Shown here piece after piece: positions 13,301-24,880 of a DNA stretch of 64,000 nucleotides. The translations under genes were made by a program, and so were the position numbers. The notes under the pieces are model-generated. The model searched no databases. It saw only the letters and a program-made list of their open reading frames with translations, and was not told the origin of the DNA. Positions within the stretch are counted from its first letter, which is position 1. Each line of letters opens with the position of its first letter. This DNA is from Eledone cirrhosa (Eukaryota), in assembly GCA_964016885.1 (NCBI GenBank), contig OZ024751.1, positions 26,350,001-26,414,000 of the forward strand. Reading direction: 5' to 3'.

Positions 13301-16300
13301 TTTGGCATGATTTAGCAGAAATTATCTGAAAACTGGTTATAATATGTTTACTGAAGGATTGATATGAACATTAGCAGTAAATAAAAGTCTAGTATTGTTG
13401 GTGGTGATGATGGTGGTAGTGGTGGAGGTGGTGGTGGTGGTGCTAGTGGTTGTTGTGGTGGTGGTGGTAGTAGAGTGGTATTTTGGGTTTCCTAACTTGT
13501 CTTACAAGTCTGGCAACAACAAAGATTCTCTCTAACACAGAAGAATTCCCATTCTAGAAACATAACAGTGTTTAAGTTTCAGTTGACAACTTTCCTGCCA
13601 CTAGAGGGCAGACCAAAACAGATTGTCATTGGACCTCCGCAGTTGACTGTTGAACTTTCTTGCTACTAGGAGGTATACCATGATGGTGGTGGTGGTGGTG
13701 GTGGTGGTGGTAATGGTAGTGGTGGGGTGGTGGTGGTGATAGTGGTGATGATGGAGATGGTGGTGATAGTGGTGGTGGTAGTGATAGTGGTGGGGTGGTG
13801 GTAGTGATGATAGTGGTGATGGTGATGATGGTGGTAGTGGTGGTGGTCGTGATAGTGGTGGTGATGATGATGGAGATGGTGGTGGTAGTGGTGGTGGTAG
13901 TGGTGGTAGTGATAGAGGTGGTAGTGATAGTGGCGGTGGTGATGATGGAGATGGTGGTGATAGTGGTGGTGGTGATGATGGAGATGGTGGTGGTAGTGGT
14001 GGTGGTAGTGATAGTGGGGGGGGGGGGTAGTGGTGGTGGTAGTGATAGGGGGGGGGGGGTAGTGGTGGTGATGGTGATGATGGTGGTAGTGGTGGTGGTA
14101 GTGATAGTGATAGTGGTGGTGGTAGTGGTGGTAGTGGTAGTAGTGATAGTGGTGGTGATGAAGGTGGTGGTGGTTGTGGTGGTGATGATGATGGTGATGT
14201 ATGAAGAAAGCTGAACTAATTAATTTAATTGATTGCATATAATCAATGTACAGGTGTGTATCCACCTGTACACACCTGTGAACACCAGGTAATCCAACAT
14301 CTAGATGAGTTGTGAGTCGATGTAATCATCAATTTTATGCCCATCCTTCCATGATTCTGTGGATTATGTCGGAATAAATGATAGGATATAGGTTTGGTAG
14401 ATCAGAGCTGGCCTAGGGCTAAACAGTATCAGACAGACACATTAGATAATGTAGTCCTAGATACACTATGTCTGAATAAAAGACAAGTTAGAGTTCAAAC
14501 GTCTTTGATCATCCATCTGATGGATCAGGTCAGACCTGGGGCTTAACAACAACAAGGAAGGGCACATTAGATAATGTAGTCCTAGATACACTATGTCTGA
14601 ATAAAACCATTATTTGTATAAGGATGAGAAAGCAGGAAGTGAAAACAAGTGAAAAATCAGGATTAAGAAACACTAACAGGACGTAATGTCAACCAATGAA
14701 ATTAGTGTTTCCTGGTGTAAAACTCTCACAACTTGATGATGGATGAGCAGATGAGATGACCAGAGGAGATTGTGGACGACCAGATGAGATTGTGGACGAC
14801 CAGATGAGATGACCAGAGGAGATTGTGGATGACCAGATGAGATTGTGGACGACCAGATGAGATGACCAGAGGAGATTGTGGACAACCAGATGAGATGACC
14901 AGATGAGATTGTGGACGACGAGATGATGAATAACCAAGCAAGACAGTGAACCACCAGATGTCACTCTTGATATGGCTGTAGGATATTAATCCCTTTTGTC
15001 AACGTATTTCTAATAAAATAAGCTTTTTCAATTAATGAAGAATTTTGAAGGATTTACTAAAATTATTAATTATTTCATTATTAAGAGAGTAACTTAACAT
15101 GGTCCTGATATATTAAAATCTTTCAAGATAATTTTATAAATAGGAACCCTTTAAAATGGGTGTGTTTTTTTGTTTCATAGAATCAAAAGATGATTTAGTC
15201 TAAGTTGGCATCAAAAGGATTAAGGAATCTGACTTGCTTCAAGTACTAATTCTTTTATTCTGTGATTTCTCTATCAGATCTACAAAACCTCAGTTTTACA
15301 TATATGGTGCATTGTAAATGCTGTATGTAAAATGGAAGTGTGATTTATACAAGTGTGTAAAGTGTTGTGTAAGCAACACAACAAAAAATACACAGCTGTA
15401 AATGTGGTTGGCGTCCAGCCATAGAAACGAAGCCAAATCAGTTCTGTGCGAGGGAATCACGGACCCCAACTTGATCTCTAACAAAGGGACAGCCCATCCT
15501 ACCCATTCTAGCGTGGAAGAAGGACATTAAATGATGATGATGATGATGATATACATATCACCATCATCATCGTTTAACATCCATCTTCCACGCTAGCATG
15601 GGTTAGACGGTTTTGTTCTATTTGATGCGGAATTGGTCGGGAGACCGTGTCTCGCTCAGACGGAAGTGTATATATATATATTTTTATATATAGTATGCCC
15701 ACAGTACTGGTACCATTACAAAAAGCACTCAGTCGACACTGTAAGGTGACAGTACTGGTACCACTACAAAAAGCACTCAGTCCACCCTATAAGGTGACAG
15801 TACTGGTACCACTATAAAAAGCACTCAGTCCACCCTGTAAGGTGACAGTACTGGTACCACTACAAAAAGCACTCAGTCCACCCTATAAGGTGACAGTACT
15901 GGTACCACTACAAAAAGCACTCAGTCCACCCTGTAAGGTGACAGTACTGGTACCACTATAAAAAGCACTCAGTCCACACTGTAAGGTGACAGTACTGGTA
16001 CCACTATAAAAAGCACTCAGTCCACACTGTAAGGTGACAGTACTGGTACCACTATAAAAAGCACTCAGTCCACACTGTAAGGTGACAGTACTGGTACCAC
16101 TATAAAAAGCACTCAGTCCACCCTGTAAGGTGACAGTACTGGTCTGTCACCAGTTGTCCGTCTGTCTCCTGATGTCCTAGAGACAAGATTTAAGTAGATT
16201 AGAGTCTCTGGGATTAGAGGCTCACATGACAAATGTCTCCTTGTGTTCACTGTCTCCTATCTTATATCTGGGACAACCAAGTATATGTGTGTGTGAGTGT

Positions 16301-16578
16301 GCATGTTTGTGTGAGAGTATGTATATGTGAGTGTGTGGGAGAGTGTGTGTGTGTGTATGTGTCTGTGTGTGTGTGAGAGTGAGAGTATGTATATATGTGT
16401 ATGTGTGTGTATATGTGTGTGAGAGTATGTATTTATGTGTGAGTGTGTATATGTATGTATGTGTGTGTGTGTGTGAGAGTGAGAGTATGTATATGTGTGT
16501 GTGTGTGTGTAAGTGTGTATATGTCTGTGTGTGTGAGAGTGTAAATGTTTGTGTCTGAATATATATATGTGTGAGAGA

Positions 16579-16635
<57 letters not shown>

Positions 16636-17119
16636 AGAGTATATATATATATGTGTGTGTCTGTGTGAATACACAAACACACACACACCTACACACATTC
16701 ATCCTCATAATAAATTTGTCCCACTTTCATGATATAATGAAATACCAACAATTATTTCATGCAATGCTCCACTAATTCTTTCTATAAACCACCCCATCTT
16801 CAACCTCATCACATGTCAACTATATTGTTCTAACCCTTTACATAAGGAGTTCAAATCCTAGTGAGAGTCCGAGCTGATAAATACCATTCATATATAGGGG
16901 TTTACTTGATAGACCTATGTGTGTGTGTGTATGTGTGTGTATATATATATAGAGATAGATAATGAAGGAGGTGTAGTAAGGAACCAGATGGACCATAACG
17001 CACCAGAAATAGCTGTCAAAACGGCTTGAGCTCTGCCGTCGGGATCAAACATTTTCCTATGTAGATAGATAGAGAGAGAGAGAGAGATGTTCATAGCAAG
17101 GAAGATCAACTTTGTTTAC

Positions 17120-17177
<58 letters not shown>

Positions 17178-18443
17178 AAACCTACTCCAGCCAGTAGGCA
17201 TCTCTAACAAAATACACCCCGTCCCACCACCCCCACCCCCACCCGATCCACACCACCCCGTTCTATGTAAAGTTATGTTGGTGCCGCGCCATCGAGGCCG
17301 AAACAAATGAGATCGTGTAGGTGTCACGACAAAAAAACACACAGTCCACGCTGTAATGTGGCCGTGTAGGCAACACGGTAAAAACCTCCCAGACCCACAC
17401 TGTAAATGTGGTTGGTGTTAGGAAGGGCATCCAACTGTAGAAAACCTGCCAGACAGTCCTATGCGAGCAAGACAATCACTCTTGCCTCAAGTGGGACTAC
17501 CCCCGTCCAAACCATGCAAGCGTGGAACACGGACGTTAAACGTTGATGATGATGATGATGATGATGATACACACACACACAGATGTGATCATAATATGTA
17601 AGGTCTCCTTTGTTTCCAACTATTCAAGTGTCTAAATATGTTTCTACATGTCCTGTCTGTGATAGATTATCTATACTCAATAAAATATTGATGAGAGTGG
17701 TGGTGGTGGTGTAATGGTGATGGTGGTGGTGGTGATGGTGGTAGGCATGGTGTGGTGGTGGAGTAATGGCGTGGTGTGCTGTATGTGGTGGCATTGTTGT
17801 TGATGTTGTTGGTGGTGGTATGGTGTAATGGTGTGATATGGTGGTATGGTGATATGGTGTAGTGGTGAGGTGTGGTGTGGTGTGGTGTATGCAGTGGTGG
17901 TGTAGTAGTGTGGTGGTATGGTGGAGTGATGTGGTGTGCTGTAAGCAGTAGTGGTGTAGATGTCAACACCTGACCATAAAATCTACAATAAACAACAGTT
18001 GTTTGTGTCACAAAGCAGGCCCCATTGAATTATGGGTACACTCCATCGAATGGACTTCTAAACAGTTTCTGTCTACCAAATGTCATACTCTGCTTAGGTG
18101 AAGCCAGGCTGTGGCAAATGACCCTTTCCCAAGAGACATATAATGGGATTGAACCCAGGACCTTAGGATTGTGAAGTATCTTTCTTAAACTCTAATATTG
18201 AAAGAGGGTTTTATGTGGAAAAAAAACCAGTCAGACAATAACCTTAATGAATACTCAATACATAGGAGCAGAGGATATGGTTTATTTTTCTAAGATAAAA
18301 AAAAAATGATAGTGACTTCGAAGTTTTGGCTTCATCAGCCTCAAATTAACAAAAGTTTAAAATATAAATTTTATAGAATATTTACTAACATTAATTTCCA
18401 AGAAAAGAAAGGACATTTTTCTTTTTATGTTAGTGTTTGTACC

Positions 18444-18487
<44 letters not shown>

Positions 18488-20237
18488 AATACCCAGTTAC
18501 ACATTGTAGAGCTAGCCTAAGGTGTTAGATACTGAGGTACACATTGTAGAGCTAGCCTAGGGTGTTAGATACTGAGGTACACATTGTAGAGCTAGCCTAG
18601 GGTGTTAGATACTGAGGTACACATTGTAGAGCTAGCCTAAGGTGTTAGATACTGAGGTACACATTGTAGAGCTAGCCTAGGGTGTTAGATACTGAGGTAC
18701 ACATTGTAGAGCTAGCCTAGGGTGTTAGATACTGAGGTATACATTGTAGAGCTAGCCTAGGGTGTTAGATACTGAGGTACACATTGTAGAGCTAGCCTAG
18801 GGTGTTAGATACTGAGGTACACATTGTAGAGCTAGCCTAGGGTGTTAGATACTGAGGTACACATTGTAGAGCTAGCCTAGGGTGTTAGATACTGAGGTAC
18901 ACATTGTAGAGCTAGCCTAGGGTGTTAGATACTGAGGTACACATTGTAGAGCTAGCCTAGGGTGTTAGATACTGAGGTATACATTGTAGAGCTAGCCTAG
19001 GGTGTTAGATACTGAGGTACACATTGTAGAGCTAGCCTAGGGTGTTAGATACTGAGGTATACATTGTAGAGCTAGCCTAGGGTGTTAGATACTGAGGTAC
19101 ACATTGTAGAGCTAGCCTAGGGTGTTAGATACTGAGGTATACATTGTAGAGCTAGCCTAGGGTGTTAGATACTGAGGTACACATTGTAGAGCTAGCCTAG
19201 GGTGTTAGATACTGAGGTATACATTGTAGAGCTAGCCTAGGGTGTTAGATACTGAGGTACACATTGTAGAGCTAGCCTAGGGTGTTAGATACCCAGGTAC
19301 GCATTATAGAACTAGCTCGGAGCACTAAATACCCAGCCACAAATTGTGGAACTAGCTCAGAGCACTAAATTCTCAGGTACATACTGTAGAGCTGGCGTGT
19401 CTCACCTCAACCCTGTCGAGGATCACAGGTCATAAGTTGTTCAGTGTTAAAGTATTTTCTGGCCGTGAAGAGAAGGGAAAGTCGTTGTGTAGTCCTAGCT
19501 ATGCTGAAAAATGTGTTCTAAATGAGAGAACATCTTTAAGAGGTGTAGTCGATACAATCGGCCATAATATAGTAGTCATTTACATTAGGACAACCACATT
19601 TCAAACAATAAATATAATTTAAATAACTCGGACTTCACGGTAAATAAATAAAATACAACCCACTCCCAAAATTGACAGCATTGTAGCCAGAGTGTCATTC
19701 AATGACACACACAAATATATATACTTAGACACACGGAGACATACACACAGACACACGGAGACATACACAGACACACGGAGACATACACATAGACACACGG
19801 AGACATACACACAGAGACATACACACGGAGACATACACAGACACACACAGACACACGGAGAGACAGAGAGGCATAGACACATACATAACAGAAACATATA
19901 TATATATACACACACATACATACATAGATAGATACAGTCATACATAGACAAGGGAGGCATAAACACACACAAATAACAGAAACATATATATATGTAGTTT
20001 TTCCAAATTGAAGGATGAGTATTTAAACTTTATTTTATTCCGAGTTAAGACTATTGGGTTTTTTTTCCCTGGATTTCACAAAATCTGGATAAAATCTCTG
20101 TCTTGATTTTTTTTTTTAACTGAGTTTGAATTATTTTCCCACATCTTACGTTAATTATTTTTCCATTTTGACTTTATAGTCACTTATATATTATGAAATA
20201 CTGTTGGCTTCTTGCTCACATTAATTTCTATATTTTC

Positions 20238-20287
<50 letters not shown>

Positions 20288-20841
20288 TTGTCATGCTATC
20301 GAATTCTGTTTACAAACGTGTAAGCGTGGAAGTAGAAAATTATCAGCTGACACACACACGAAGCCGACGAGAGCACTGTAATCAAACGAAACCGGTGAAT
20401 TGAACAAGATATGGTCATTCTCTCCACAGATCTATTTGCCATAATACTCATGTGTACAGACAGGAGGAAACCAATAAACCAGAAATTGTAGCAACACTCT
20501 TAGTAACTCGTAACACCATCAATGACTCAATTTTCACCTCTATTTGCAAAATTGATTACTAAATACTTGAATACGTCAAACTGTTTGTATATATATATAT
20601 ATATATATAATGTAGGAGGTGAGTTTTATTGTAGTACAATAAAGCAATGCAGATATCGGATAAGAAGCACTCTACAGTTTGTAGGACTGTTGATTTAAAA
20701 CTGAACTATCCACAAGTGTTTTTAAACCTTCCTATCATGTCTTCCTGTTTTATCTGATGAAAACACAAATATTATTGCATGATATTTGTTTTTGAAATGC
20801 GCATAATAAAATACATGGAACTCTTTTAACCATCTTTTGTT

Positions 20842-20890
<49 letters not shown>

Positions 20891-21571
20891 CAATGATATT
20901 AATAAATGGAAACTATATTTATAAAACCATATTTATTTTATTATATATATTTCAAGGGTACCAACATTTTGGTATGCCCTCATCAGATAAAATACTAAAT
21001 TTGTTTTATAAATAGTGAGATATCCAGGAAACCAGACCTTATCGGTTCAGGTTCAGTAAATATATATTTATATATATAAATATATATTTATATATATTTA
21101 CTGAACCTGAACCGATAAGGTCTGGTTTCCTGGATATCTCACTATTTATATATATACACACACACACACATACATATATACACACATATATATACATATA
21201 TACACACACATACATATATACACACATATACATATATACACACATACACATATACACACATACATATATACACACATACATATATACACACATACACATA
21301 TACACACATACACATATACACACATACATATATACACACATACATATATACACACATACATATATACACACATACATATATACACACATACATATACACA
21401 CATATATATACACACATATATACACACACACATACATACATATACACATATATATATACATATATACACACACACATACATATATACACACACATACATA
21501 TATATATATATACACACACATATATATATATATATTTACATACACACTCACACACATATATATATTTACAT

Positions 21572-21614
<43 letters not shown>

Positions 21615-21988
21615 CACTAACACATATATATATACATACATATATACAAGACTTTGACAGGTTTCGGTCAGTATTGGCCCGGGCCATGTATAATAGTAAA
21701 CTACATTAGAAAACGAAGTTCTTTCGTTTAAATCATGCGTGTGTGTGTGTGTTTGGGGGGGGGGTATATCTGTCTACAACAACACATATTACATATATTG
21801 TTGTCTTCAACAAACAAACATGCCAGACGAGAGAGAGAGAGAGAGAGAGAGATAAGGTGGTGAGGGATTGGGTGAATCTGTTTGGCATGGGTTTAGGATT
21901 ATGAGGGCCCACGTCAACTCCTGGTTATTGTATTCAATTCTATTATTTGTTAAGTACATTATGTAAACCCCTCCACACACACACACAC

Positions 21989-22033
<45 letters not shown>

Positions 22034-22340
22034 AAAGAAAATAACGAATAAAAATTAGAGAGTTAGAAAGAAAAAGGAAAAAAAATGAATTACACACTCC
22101 AGCAAAGAATGTTGATATTGTCTTTTTAAAATATTTGAGGCAAGCCAAAACCCCACGGTATTACCGCGAGTGATAGCGATGCTAAGGCACTGGAATAGCT
22201 AAGCACTCTCATGAACGTTTGAAATAGTTGTGTATGTGTGATGAGGGGCTACATTTTATCTGTGATAAAGAAGCTTAATTAGAGTAGGATGGTGTACGTT
22301 TTATTGCATCTGGCTTGAGCCTTATCTTTAACTTTACAAG

Positions 22341-22372
<32 letters not shown>

Positions 22373-22659
22373 GCGGTGCTGAGACTGAAGTGACTACTAA
22401 TCATTGGAGCACTCAATGCATGGGAAGCACACACACATATATATATGTGTGTGTCATGGGCGTTTATTTTATATAAGAGACAGACAGGCAGACGAAGAGA
22501 GAGAGAGAGAGTGTGGATACTTACAGAGGCCCCAAGAATCACGAAGGCATGAATACAATCTGTATCAGTGGAAGCATGAACGGCTCCAAGAAACTTTTCG
22601 TAATATTCGGAAACGGTGGCGTGGGATGAAGGGGTTTCATCTCCATCTGGCTTTTGCAT
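618..22659 (-). CDS. G6PD: Glucose-6-phosphate dehydrogenase, multi-exon; 433 codons in window, 3' exons lie left of position 1
   Basis: Coding exons 22525-22659, 8622-8659, 6858-6966, 5948-6156, 4337-4498, 4088-4213, 2501-2594, 2282-2408, 1097-1186, 618-826 are all GT-AG and join in one frame (1299 nt). Motifs: GASGDLA (NADP), [14 protein letters not shown] (catalytic), [34 protein letters not shown]. Confidence 0.97.
1097..1186 (-). CDS. G6PD: G6PD coding exon 9 ([29 protein letters not shown])
   Basis: atag| ... G|gtaagc. Confidence 0.95.
2282..2408 (-). CDS. G6PD: G6PD coding exon 8 (VNVLKCI...[10 protein letters not shown]...[10 protein letters not shown])
   Basis: taacag| ... A|gtaagt, phase 1. 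Confidence 0.93.
2501..2594 (-). CDS. G6PD: G6PD coding exon 7 ([19 protein letters not shown]...RNEK), 94 nt
   Basis: tttcag| ... AAG|gtattt. Confidence 0.95.
2650..3230 (+). mobile_element. 3' fragment of an RLE-type non-LTR retrotransposon (HERO/R2-like)
   Basis: ORF 2871..3140 LRLDIIL...[23 protein letters not shown]...VKVGVRGF matches the restriction-like endonuclease PD-(D/E)xK region with KxxKY. Confidence 0.75.
4088..4213 (-). CDS. G6PD: G6PD coding exon 6 ([11 protein letters not shown]...[20 protein letters not shown]), 126 nt
   Basis: tttctag| ... AG|gtttgt; read manually, not in the ORF track. Confidence 0.95.
4337..4498 (-). CDS. G6PD: G6PD coding exon 5 ([13 protein letters not shown]...[14 protein letters not shown])
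   Basis: G6PD active-site signature; gtag| acceptor, |gtaaat donor. Confidence 0.97.
4741..5335 (+). mobile_element. Degenerate mariner transposon fragment
   Basis: TIR-like TATGAGGGTGGGCTAAAAAATTCATAG; frameshifted transposase text including WVPRLLT (WVPHEL-like) and [17 protein letters not shown]. Confidence 0.75.
5948..6156 (-). CDS. G6PD: G6PD coding exon 4 (VKSTE...[10 protein letters not shown]...MADK)
   Basis: ORF 5944..6156; cag| acceptor, |gtgagt donor. Confidence 0.95.
6858..6966 (-). CDS. G6PD: G6PD coding exon 3 ([22 protein letters not shown]...YMK), 109 nt
   Basis: caacag| ... AAG|gtaagt; frame-consistent. Confidence 0.95.
8622..8659 (-). CDS. G6PD: G6PD coding exon 2 ([13 protein letters not shown]), 38 nt
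   Basis: ctttcag|GGA...CTATG|gtaagt. Confidence 0.95.
8888..8948 (-). ncRNA. Minimal type I hammerhead ribozyme motif, paralogous to 20934-20994
   Basis: Minus strand reads TATTTTAT-CTGATGA-gtgtgtaccaaagttttggtaccctt-GAA-ATATATAT-A-ATAGAATA; flanks 8843-9004 match 20889-21050. Confidence 0.65.
9010..9340 (+). mobile_element. RTE-like LINE 3' fragment; related pieces at 42180-42580 (minus) and 33785-34130 (plus)
   Basis: [37 protein letters not shown]-type RT thumb text. Confidence 0.7.
13596..13613 (+). promoter_or_regulatory. CTCF consensus match
   Basis: TGCCACTAGAGGGCAGAC fits the CCASYAGRKGGCRS core; binding untested. Confidence 0.45.
13680..14200. repeat. (GGT/GAT/AGT)n low-complexity tract; many other (TA)n, (CA)n and (GA)n tracts, e.g. 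16280-16660, 19700-19930, 21150-21645
   Basis: Directly visible simple repeats. Confidence 0.95.
15701..16143. repeat. Minisatellite, 48 bp x 9+, derived from a SINE segment
   Basis: ACAGTACTGGTACCACTAYAAAAAGCACTCAGTCCACMCTGTAAGGTG. Confidence 0.95.
18501..19300. repeat. Minisatellite, 40 bp x 20
   Basis: ACATTGTAGAGCTAGCCTAGGGTGTTAGATACTGAGGTAC, near-identical units. Confidence 0.97.
20746..20813 (+). ncRNA. Minimal type I hammerhead ribozyme motif (Penelope-like element relic)
   Basis: Stem I TGTTTTAT/ATAAAATA; core CTGATGA 20754-20760; stem II with 13 of 14 pairs; GAA; palindromic stem III ATGCGCAT; predicted cleavage after A20805. Confidence 0.8.
20934..20994 (-). ncRNA. Minimal type I hammerhead ribozyme motif, imperfect stem II
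   Basis: Minus strand reads TATTTTAT-CTGATGA-gggcataccaaaatgttggtaccctt-GAA-ATATATAT-A-ATAAAATA. Confidence 0.7.
22525..22659 (-). CDS. G6PD: G6PD coding exon 1 (MQKPDG...FVILGAS)
   Basis: ATG at 22659 with an in-frame TAA two codons upstream; donor GTAAGT at 22524; acceptor TTCTCCAG ending at 22680 implies an upstream non-coding exon. Confidence 0.9.
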
Positions 22660-24316
22660 GGTTTAGGATTTGGTTGGTACTGGAGAATGTAAGATGTAAA
22701 ACTTTATAGGTAAAGTAAAAAAGAAAGGCTATGTAACAACGACAGTGTACAGCACTGTATGTTATATATATAAGTGTGTTATAGGATAGAAATGCTGTTT
22801 AAATGTGCGCTAATAATATAAGTGGAAGAGGGAGAGGGCGGAAATAAGAGGAGGGACCGTTGTGAGAAGAAATTGTGTTAAATGAGAGAGAGGGAAGAGA
22901 GAATAGTTTATATAAGTAGATGGGTGAAGGGGAGGAAAGAGGTAGTAATAAAACTAGAAGAAGGATTGAGAGAAAGAGATAACTAGATAGATAGATACGA
23001 AGGAAGAGATAAAGAGAAAGAAATATAGTAGGCTAGAGAGGAAAGCAAGGTGCGATGTAAGAATGAAAGAGAGAAAAACAAAAGTAATGTGTGAATGAGA
23101 GACAGAGTGCGACGAAATGGCGGGTTCAGTTGAGCGGAGAAAAATGTCTCGTGGTTTACATGTGGTTGCGTTCTGAGTTCAAATCCCACCGAGGTTTTAA
23201 CTCATTCTTTCGGGAGTCAAAACTGAAAAAAAGGTTTGACAAGATTGTTAGAGCGCCTTGTGACATTTAATCCAGCACTTTTTATTCTGGCAGTCCTAGA
23301 CATTGAATGTCTTTAACAGAGTCCACTCTGTTTCAAGCATTCGTGCCAGGTCTGTGAAAGAGAAGGGAGAGAGAGAATGAGGGAGGGAGAGATAGAGAGA
23401 GAGAAATATAGAGAAGTGTATATGGTGAGAGAGAGGGAGAGATAGAGAAGTTTACATGGTGAGGGAGGGAGAGATAGAGAGAGAGAAATATAGAGATGTG
23501 TATATGGAGAGAGATAGAGAAGTTTACATGGTGAGAGAGGGAGGGAGGGAGAGACAGAGAGACATTGATGTTTACTCAGAGAAAGAAAATATGTAGAGTT
23601 GTTTACATTCTTTAGGGATTAGTCATGGGGGCAGCACCCACTGACCCTTTATTTATTTATTTATTAGTGACTCCAAGACTGTTGAGAGTAAATAAGGAAG
23701 GAACGTTCAGACCTGATTAGAATGTTTGCAACATGGTGGTGGTGCTGGCGGTGATGATGATGGTGGTGTTGGTGGTGATGATGATAGTGCTGATGATCAT
23801 GGTGGTGGTGTGGTGGTGGTAAACTTGTCACTGACTGATAGAAGAGAGGAGGGGGGAGAGGAGAAGACTAGAGAGAGAGAACAGCAAATATGTTGTTTAT
23901 CTCCAGCTCTACTCTGATCCAGCACACCTATAATCAAAGGCATTCCAACACCAGTCGTGACCATCACGTCAGAGTTATCTACTGGACGACATTATCTTAA
24001 TCCCGCCGAAGTTAACTTTGCCTTTCATCCTCACGGGGTCGATGAAATAAAGTACCAGTAATGCACTGGTTAATTGCTGGCCTTGTGCCAAAAGTAGAAA
24101 CAATTATCTCATATATATACCTCCCCTCTCTCTCATGTCAAGGAGGGATTTGAAAGAAATGGTGCTATTGTTTTTAGCAAACAGGTCAAGTGAACCGACG
24201 AATGCATTGAGTGAATGTCTTTAAAAAAAGGCATTAGATGATTCAGTCGTGGCATAGGGTAATCATTAAATAAAGCGGCGTAATTAAAAATGGAACATGC
24301 AGAAATGGTGAACGTA

Positions 24317-24366
<50 letters not shown>

Positions 24367-24880
24367 ACAAAATTCTAACATAGTTGATATGTTTTGATTC
24401 ATTATTTGAATATATGTATGTGTGTTTTCCCAAATAAACAGCAATATCTCTCCTTTGTTTTTTGTACATAAGCGTGAATTTTTTTAAACCCTCTCCATTT
24501 CTTTTGTTACTATATAAAAGTGCATCTTTACATATATATTTGCATTTGAAAGCATAAAAAGTTTCACTTTGCGAAACATTTCAAATGATATTTCAGTTTC
24601 AATTTATTAAAGATCAAAATTTCATTACAAATATAAACATTTATATACAAAAATGTAGTGAGGTGGGATTTTAAAAATCCAGAAAAATGAAACTTATTCG
24701 TTTCGGTGATTCACAAAAGCTAAATTGTTGATTTTTGTTTTTCTATATATTTTCTTCATTTTGCTGGTTTCATTTTTATTTACGCCGCTTTTCTTCACTT
24801 TTGCCCTCTGTGATTATGTATTGTCTTTTTCCTACATCTATTTTATACCGATAAACAATGATTAGAAAAAAACATAACTG

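Noticed and set aside
13666-14265. His-rich and Val-rich ORFs, and the YI/CV/HT-repeat ORFs across the window
   Set aside because: Translations of microsatellites; no splice or homology support.
18501-19300. Regular arrays (40, 48, 31, 64 bp) as CRISPR
   Set aside because: Head-to-tail near-identical units with no unique spacers, no cas genes, and a eukaryotic context.
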